A DNA stretch of 64,000 bases from Callorhinchus milii (lineage: Eukaryota), in the NCBI RefSeq assembly GCF_018977255.1, contig NW_024704742.1, forward strand, positions 14,262,001-14,326,000, read 5' to 3'. The translations under genes and the position numbers were made by a program. The notes under the pieces are model-generated. The model ran no database searches. It was not told where the DNA came from and worked only from the letters and a program-made list of their open reading frames with translations. Each line of letters opens with the position of its first letter. The stretch's first letter is position 1. This document shows positions 55,526 through 64,000 of the stretch, one piece after another.

Positions 55526-58500
55526 CAGGAATGATTTGGATACTGAGGGCGTGCAAGGCTTATTATTATTTGCCGGAGGGCTGTGTCGCGACCTCCTGCT
55601 CTGCTTCCCGCTCTATCCTGTGACAGGAGAGGGCAGGAAGTCAAAATGCAGCCCTCCAATAGACGAGAGGCATCTGTGACATATCTAACCATGTGCGCCC
55701 AAATCCTGCTGAGCACTGGCACCAGTCACACTGCCTCCTTGTGTCCCGGGAGAGCCTATGCCTAACTCATCACTGCGGATGACTTAGGAGGAGTTTACTG
55801 TTTACAATTACCACACTTCACAATACTTTGATGACATGCTAAGGTGCTTTATCAAATATAAGCATTTCGATTCAGTTGCTGGGCTCAGGAGGGTAGTATA
55901 TCACACAGTACAGGGAGTGAGACCTGTGTTACTAATGTTTGGTACGTGTGATGTATTGTTGGGTTTCTGATTTTACTTGGTAAAAAAATTCAAATTTTAA
56001 GTAACAAATTCCCATTGTAATACATCATTTTTATATTTTCTATTATGCCTTGAACTACAAAGAGTCAACTTCTGAGTCATAAAGTTGCCACGAATATCAC
56101 TTCCTACATATTTGCGCTATGTGTAGGGTGTGTGATGCTTATATGTTGAGGTGGTGCCTGTGCACACTCACTGTGCAGGAAGTGATGTTCCTGGCAACCT
56201 TATAACATAGAAATTGGCCATTTTTGTAGCTACAAACATCTTTTAACAAAAGCAACAAGGTATAATAAACATCGATGTTCATCTAAATTTGAAAAACAAA
56301 GCTCAAAATCAGGCAAGTCTATCTGTGGGCAAGAATGGATTTGGCTTTGTTTCCAGCTCACTGTTCTCACTGTGTAAAAGCAGTGTCGGAGAAGCTGAGG
56401 GATATTTCACAATGTCATTTGAATTTTTAATTGGTAAAGCGAGCATTACAACTTGAAGGTTCCCATATGTATCTGTGACTGCAGTGACATATTGTGGCGC
56501 TTGTGTGTTAACAACTTGGCAAACAGACTGTTTTTTTCCCCGTTTTCTGTGATACAAATCTTTAAAAAGTTACACATCCTGTTGACAGCTGTGGGCCTGT
56601 GCTGCATTGCCAGATGGATCATTTGCTGGTGGTGTGGAGATGATAGCTGACAGATGAAGACAGCACCGTCTTGTCAGCTGAGGGTGGGAGTCAGAGGTGA
56701 AAAGATTGTGAAATCAAATCACAATGCTGGAAGGAAGTCTCTGCTCTTCACAAGCTGTGTAATAAATCAAGAACTTGCATTTTAGTAGCTCCTTACATGG
56801 CAAAAAAAATCTCAAAGCACTTTACAGTAATTATTGGCAAGTGCAATGACTGTTTAAGTGCTCCAAGACGCTACTCGCTTGAAGGGCACTATATAAATGC
56901 AGGTTGTTGTTTTGGGTAGACTATCACTACACAATACAACAACAACTTGCATTTATATAGTGTGCTTCACGTGGGGTAGCATCCCGGAACAATAATCAAA
57001 ATCATACTAACAGCCATGGGCTGTTTCACGTCCAGCTGAACAGAGGAATGAAGCATGTTTTAATATCTCATTCTAAAGAATGACACATTCGCTATATAAA
57101 CCTCCTCCAGGCCAATCCTTAGACAATGAGCCCATGTTCCAACATGGAGCTTGAACTTACAATCTTTTGATCTAGACAGAGATTGCGTTGGAGTTTTGAA
57201 AAATAGGTGCCATGTATGTAATTCGTACATCCTAAATGATCATACATAATATGGAACAATCAACTCACATGTTTTATTTGGGCTCTCCCCCAAGATCTCT
57301 CAATCAGAACTCAATGAAACATGCCGTTTGATTGGTCTGTGATATGCATGATCATCTGAGACAGTCAGATACATGAGAAGATAAAAAACTTTGACTGAGA
57401 AGCGTTGAATTTTTTGTAATTGCATAATTTATTTACATAGTGGAATTTAACATTCCTAATAATATTCTTTTCATTTTGTATAGCATCTCTCATGTTGGAA
57501 GGATGTCTCAAAGTACTTCAGTGGATATGCTGTAAAGTCTATCAATTGTGTTGTAGGCGAATTTTGCTATACTTCTTAAAGGGAATTTGTAACAAGGAAT
57601 CCGAGTCACACAAATGCAGACTCTTTCTGGTAACTGGAAATATGTCATTCCAAGCCACAGGAACGTCAACTCTGACTCAACCTACTTACGAAATAGAGAA
57701 CCCACAGGTCGATAGATTTTGATGGGATTCCTTACTAAGAATTAAAAGAATTAGACTCCGCTATTCCATAACTGTGCAACATTTCGTGAGCAAAATGGGT
57801 ATAATTTGATGGGCAAATGAAACCAATTATTTGTAACAAGCAGATTTCAGAAATCTCTTGACAATTGCGAGAAAATAATTGAGAGCATCTGCACTATCAA
57901 ATTCAGTTGGCTAAAGTTTGAGGAATTCTTGGTGCTTAGAGTTGTATTGTTAAATTGAAATTGTAGGGACAGGATCTGTCTGTAGGAATTGTCTGCATTC
58001 ATTACATATTTCTTTCTTCTGTGAAACAAGTTGAAAATGACAAAGACCTAAAAGAAAGAGCCAGAAAATGACATGATCTAACCTGGAGGTAACATGTAAG
58101 ACCACAATCAATTTATATTAATCAGTATCATGGTGGTAATAGTATATTTCAGGAGAATTGAGACCTCTCACGAAGTAAAAACAGAAAATGCTGGAAACGC
58201 ACAGAAAATGCTGGAAATGCACATCATATCAATCAGTTTCTGAAAGAGAAAGATAGGTTAACATTTTGGATCTGACCCTTCATCAGAAGGTCATACCTGA
58301 AGCGTCACTCCGTCTTTTAGATGCTGACTGCTCCTTTGTATATAAGAAAAGCAAAAGAGCAGCAGTGTGATATTTTCACAGCAATCTCGGCCTTCACTGC
58401 CTTGTTTTACTTCTGGTCTGATCTCCGCTGATATCTGTCATTGCTAGTTTGGACTCCAATATCCTCGGTTCACTTTCAAGCTCTTCATTCTTCACAGCTT

Positions 58501-59695
58501 CACCTAAACATAGCTCTGTGAGCTTCTGACACCTTACTGCCCTACCTACTCCCGCCACTCAGCAAACACCAGCCTGTTTCATGTCCCCTATACAATCTGC
58601 CCCTTCCCTTAAGCCCATCCCATCCCCTCAGGTTCGTTAGCCGTGTGAGGCGCTTTGAGACTTTCAACCATGTGAAAGATGCTATGTAAACGTAAATTGT
58701 TTTTGCTATTGTCGTGTCACAGAAAGCAAATAAGCATTACAGTGACAACCAAGGTAAATTGATCAGCAACCACTGGACTATAAGATGTGTTTAACCACAG
58801 AGGTTGATGAATTTACTGGCCCTGAACAATCCCCTCAAGTATCTGCTTGAATATCATGTTGAAGTTCACTTTACAGTGTTTACAAGCAGTGTTTACAAAC
58901 CAGATTCCATGCACTAATTGTAATGTGAATATCAAACACCATCCAGTTTCTAAAATCCGGTCTAGGAAAAGGCTAGAGAACAAAATGCTACATCCCACAC
59001 TTTTCTGTTTTGCTCTTGGGCTCTTCATCATACTTTTCTGGCTTTCAGAAATATCAATTCATCATTATATGAGCATCGCAGATCAACGGTTCTTGATATT
59101 GGCAGAGGGAAGTCTCAATTAGCTCATCAAATTAGAGCAAGATTAAGCTATATGTCAGAGCTGTTTTATTTTTAATAATGTATTTGAAACAATTTAGCAC
59201 ACAAGGTGCCACCTGTGCTTGTCTTATCTTGGTCTCCTTTGCATGATATTTATTCTACTAATTACAGTTGGTGCACAAGGGTTGCTAATTAATAAGCACA
59301 GGGAAAGAAAATTAAAATTCAGAGTTCATGAAGTTAAGGAGCTTTCTTTGAATCAAATTCAGTGTTGTGAATGTGACAGAAATTGTATGCTGCAACTTTC
59401 CGACAGACTGTTCGAGTCTTAAATAAATAAACCAGGCTTAAATGGTTGTCCAAGGCACTGGACAGATTGGTAGACCTGTCTGATGGTTAAGAATTGCTGT
59501 GTTCAATCCTTGGGAGCTGTCAGATGAAAATGATCATCTCCATTCCTAAGTGTAGAAAATGGATGTGTGTTTTCTCTTTGGCTGAATTGCTTTTTCTGCT
59601 TGGACTGACTAAGATTTTTTGTACTCCAAACTTTATTCCGCGTGAAGGGTGCTATATGAATACAAGTTGTTGCTGTTGTGGAAATACGTTAATAC

Positions 59696-59888
59696 GTTAA
59701 CTCTGGTGATAGATAAAACTAACATTGGTAATAAGTTTATCCTGGCGTTAGTCAAAATTAACAATGGTTAACTCTGTTCTTATTCAAAACTAACACTGGT
59801 AATAAGTCAACACCAGTGATAGTCAAACCTAACATTGGTAATATGTTAACCCCATTGACAGACAAAACTAATACTGGTAATAAGTTAC
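59696..59888. repeat. Degenerate minisatellite, about 39-bp unit, about 5 copies
   Basis: Recurring aaaactaacaytggtaataagtt core. Confidence 0.8.
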
Positions 59889-61454
59889 CCTTTGAAAGAG
59901 CAATCTATCCAATCCTTTACCCCATGCTTTATGTATTTTTTGTAATAACATTTAACAACAGAGAATAATATCACATGTTTTCATTAGGATAGTACCCCTT
60001 AGTACCCCGTTGGCTTCTAAAAAATATAAAAGTTCATAGTCTTTTTCCTCATTTCTCCTGTCCAAGAAACTTGACCTGCTAACAGATATCACTCAGGGTA
60101 AAAACTGTGAAAGGATCCAATTACAGTTCTAATTCACTACTACATAAATCCCTTATTTCACACACCCATGCAACAACAAAATGACATCTATATAGCGTCT
60201 TTCACGTTGGGAGGATGTCACAGGGCACTGGACGTCAAACGCCAAAGTACATTTTTCAGCCTAAGAGCCATATAGGGGTCCTAATTACAGTAGAAAAAGT
60301 CTGAGAAGCTCCTTTCAAACAAGTCAGGGATTGTTGAGAGGAGACAATTTTTAAAAAAAAGGTTTGGACAAAATGCCAGCCAATACTACTATCAAATTGT
60401 GATCATAGCCATTTCGATGCTTTCAGTCTGTTCATGAGCTGTGAAAGGCTGAAACTTCTGGCTAAAGATTACAAAGCAAAACATGTTCACAAAATGGTCC
60501 TTTGCTAGCCTTGACGACAGAATTTGAGGAAGAGTCATTCAAACCAGAAATAATAACCAAAATAATGAAGCGAGAGGTTTGGAGAGGTTTGCTTTGTGTA
60601 CAGAAGGTTGTTATCATGTGGATTCATATATCCAGAAATTTGATAAAGGCAGAATCCATATTAACTTTTAAAATGGATAAATATCTGACTGGAAAAAATA
60701 TAAAGGGGTATTGGAAAAATATAAGAGAATGGGTCTAAACAGATAGCTCTTTCAGACAAATAGCAAAGGCACAATGAGCTGAATGGCCTCCCGTACTCTA
60801 AATTGCTGTAGTTCTAATTCGCAATTGATGGAGCAACATCTGTTTTGTGAATGCTTAATTTTCAACCTCATTACTTACTTTAACCATCGGCCCCTTGAGA
60901 ACTACAGTGCATTGTATAGAATATATATTTTTGGCCTGCATGTGCACTGGAAAATCTGGTTCAATGAAAAGCATTAGTTTGCATTCTGAACTATAATCTG
61001 TCTCAAAGCCTTGACTGCCACCTGTCTGGAACACATGGTATACTAGTTAAAAAAAATCTTCATTGTTTTCTCCATGTTTATACTGTGGCTTTCCAAAGAG
61101 CCTAAATCTCAGTGGTACAGGTATACCTTTCATTATTATGTAGCTTCATACTTTCTCCTATATAATGCCTCAATTGGACCTAAAGTAATGCTAAGGATGC
61201 CAGGACTCAAAATGTTATCTGACACTGTAATGTATTGCTGGAGGTGCCATCTTCAGATCAAACTTAAAATCAAGATCCTAATGCAGTTTCGGTTCAACGA
61301 CCCTTCAGGTCCACGACCTGTTCTGCTAGGTGAACGGGAGTGGGAGTAAGGAAACCTACGCAATGTTTTTCCCTGCCAAGAATCAAACCCATATCACTGC
61401 TGTTTGTGTGGTTATTGTTGGCACAGATTAATTGCTGGGTTTGACATAACAATT

Positions 61455-62025
61455 ATTAAGACCATAAGACCATAAGACATAGGAGCCATTTGGCCTCTCG
61501 AGCCTGCCCCGCCATCTAATAAGATTATGGCTGATCTTCTAACCTAATTCCATTTACCTGCCCTATCCCAATATCCCTTAATCCCTCTATCCTTTGGAAA
61601 TCTATCAATATGTTCAAGGACTGAGCATCTACAGCCTTCTGGGGTAGAGAATTCCACAAATTCACTACCCTCTGAGTGAAGAAATGTTTCCTCAACTCAG
61701 TTCCTTAATCATGAGACTGTGACCCCTAGTTTTAGATTCTTCAACCAGGGGAAACAGTCTTCCGGCATCTATACCCTGTCAGGACCTTTAAAAATCTTAT
61801 AGGTTTCTATATCATCACCTCTAATTCTTCTATATTCTAGAGAATATAGGCCTAGTTTACTCAACCTCTCCTCATAGGCCAACCCCCTCTTCCCAGAAGC
61901 CAACCTAGTGAATCTACGCTGCACCCCCTCTAAGGCGAGTATGTCCTTTCTTAAATAAGGAGACCAAAACTGCACACAATATTCTTGGTACGGTCTCACA
62001 CAACCGCAGCAAGACTTCCCTGTTT
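61455..62025 (-). mobile_element. CR1-clade LINE 3' fragment with (TCTTATGG)n tail
   Basis: Minus ORF RPYQEYCVQFWSPYLRKDILALEGVQRRFTRL; related to the 5215-7079 element. Confidence 0.92.
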
Positions 62026-62289
62026 TGAACAGTCACTTCAAAACAATTAATTATGACGCACTACAAGACGTTTTGATGTAATAAAATAATAAAGCTACGG
62101 GTTTTATTCTTGGCAGGGCAAAACGTTGCGTAGGTTTCCTTACTCCACACTCCCCTGTTCACCCAGCAGAACAGGTCATGGACCCAAAGGGTCATTGAAC
62201 CGAAACGTTGACTCACTTTCCTTTCTCCATAGATGCTGCCTGACCTGTTGAGTGTTCCCAGCAGCTTCTGTTTTTCTTCAAGATTATTG

Positions 62290-62695
62290 CTCTCATCTTT
62301 AATTCCCTCCACGGCCTCACCCCATGCTGCTTCTATGATCTCCTACAACCTGATCGCCCCTGCTGCTCCCTTCACTCAGTAAACACCAGCCATGAAACAT
62401 GTCTTCTGGTCTATGCTTTATATCTACATATATATTTATATGGTCTATGGTTTATGCTTGGCTTTCAGCCAATCTGCACTGCTCTCTGGAATTCCATCCC
62501 TGAGTCACTCCAACTTGTTCCCTCCTCCCCATGTTCAAAGCCTGTCTCAAGACTTACCTCCTTGACTGAGCTTTTGGTCATCTTTTCCTTCTCTATCCTG
62601 TTCAGTTCCCACCCCCAGCTCGGTTACCCAGCGTGAAGGACTTTGAGACGCCGTCCTGATGTGAAAGGAGGTATATAAATGCAAAATGTATTGTA
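62290..62695 (+). mobile_element. Diverged L2 3' fragment
   Basis: ALWNSIPESL peptide remnant and the gtgaaagg...tatataaatgcaa tail. Confidence 0.7.
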
Positions 62696-62732
62696 AATCA
62701 GGGAGGAACAGAATATTCAGACAAAAAAGAGT

Positions 62733-62738
62733 TTTATT
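62733..62738 (-). promoter_or_regulatory. Candidate PRSS12 polyadenylation signal
   Basis: tttatt on + (AATAAA on -), about 1 kb past the stop, just before repeat-dense sequence begins. Confidence 0.55.
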
Positions 62739-63736
62739 TAAAAGCTCATATATATTCAATGAGCAATACCTTATTTTGTTGCCACGATACAGCACTACTG
62801 TTTAAGAACAAGTTAATACAACTATTCAAGTAATCAACAAAATCCAAGGGCAGGCAAGTAACATTTTTGACTGAACTTTCTGGTTCACGCTGGTTTCCAG
62901 CTATTGTCCTGAGACTTGTGCTCCTTGTTAAAGTTGGGCCCAACGGAGAAATCAACCTTATGAGTTAGTGCAATTTGTTCAGTTAGTTTAGACAGGAATA
63001 CTTTCAGGTTTAATCAGTCATGCGTTAATAGCATTCCAGTAAATACTGCACCAATTTGCTTTGTTAAAAGTAATCTGAAATACTGGACCCTTCTTGGAAG
63101 CTGCAAAATTTCTTGCTTATTCTGCTCCCAGGAGTGCAATGGTAAGTGTCTCAAGACAGTTTTCTCTCTATTGCACAAACTACGGTTGCCCTGATATAGT
63201 AACCATAGTAAACGTTGTGCTGATTGCAACGTTTAGTCCCTGGCCTGGCCTGGCTTGCAGCTCTAACAGATTTTCTCCACCGTGGGGCGCTGTTGAGTAG
63301 CAACGATTACTAGAAAATATCAATAAGTACCATTGTTTTTAACCGTATATAAGCAGTTCAGGAACGGACCAGACAAACAGGTTGGGGGGGGGGGGGTAGA
63401 GGGTTCCTATACATTTTATGTTTTACAATATAATGGATAAAACACTGAAACCTGCACATACATTTGTCAACCTTTTCTCTAAGGACTGTTAGCAGTCTCA
63501 CCAGTCCAGTTGTTGATTACTATGAATGATTAACATGGAAGGATCATATTGAGCCTTGCCGTACAGTTTGTGTTGGTCCCTGAATGCTGTAAGTGCTGCT
63601 GTAATGCATAATAAATGTCATGAAGTCAGTCGGGATCACTCCATTAAAGGGCTGAGCCGGTGGTGATCGGGGAATGTCATGCTCAGTCAATGGCCAGCAC
63701 CAATCCCAAATGTTGGTATTCTCCGAGTACAGTGGG

Positions 63737-64000
63737 TTACAGTTTAGTCACACGTTTAATCCATGGTACAAAGGCAGAGACTCTGGTGTAGACACCCGGA
63801 GTGTCCTTCACCCCACACCCATGCCCCCAGGAGGTCACGCCAAACACGACCCAGTGTCCTCCCGGCCTCTCGCACATCAGCGGCCCACCACTGTCACCTT
63901 GGCAACTGTCTACTCGCTTGTGATCCAGCAGATTTCCCGCACAGAGCATCCTCCCTGTGAATCTATTCTTGTAGCGGTCCTCACACAGCCGTTTGGGTAG
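63737..64000 (-). CDS. PRSS12: Neurotrypsin last coding exon, partial ([24 protein letters not shown]...[13 protein letters not shown]...[10 protein letters not shown])
   Basis: Trypsin-family catalytic serine motif GDSGGP with the S1 Asp (DSCQG); C-terminus matches neurotrypsin; frame is open to the window edge. Confidence 0.95.
   Translation of the reverse strand, partial: LPKRLCEDRYKNRFTGRMLCAGNLLDHKRVDSCQGDSGGPLMCERPGGHWVVFGVTSWGHGCGVKDTPGVYTRVSAFVPWIKRVTKL

Noticed and set aside
59696..59888. CRISPR-like periodic array
   Set aside because: The whole unit repeats with no unique spacers, there are no cas genes, and the context is vertebrate; it is a minisatellite.
63275..63293. CTCF-like site ccaccgtggggcgctg
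   Set aside because: Mismatches at two core positions and no supporting evidence.
63674..64000. Plus-strand ORFs of 108 and 65 aa
   Set aside because: Antisense shadows of the PRSS12 exon.

Overview
Vertebrate genomic DNA, very probably from a cartilaginous fish (inferred from the CR1/L2/Deu-type SINE repeat content). It contains the last nine coding exons of an NDST3/4-class heparan sulfate N-deacetylase/N-sulfotransferase on the + strand (2571-39998, with a 23 kb intron after the first exon shown). Convergent with it is the last coding exon of neurotrypsin (PRSS12) on the - strand (63737-64000), the same tail-to-tail order as NDST3-PRSS12 in human. Introns and the intergenic gap are rich in retroelements and small inverted-repeat elements. 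No new protein-coding system is evident. The best leads are non-coding: (1) a four-copy poly(A)-tailed LINE-like family with a CCHC knuckle, one copy of which appears to supply an NDST3 branch point; (2) an inverted pair of chimeric SINE-head/Penelope-like-tail units; (3) visible modular evolution of a tRNA-derived SINE alongside its L2 partner; (4) several long hairpins. All alignments were done by eye and repeat boundaries are approximate.
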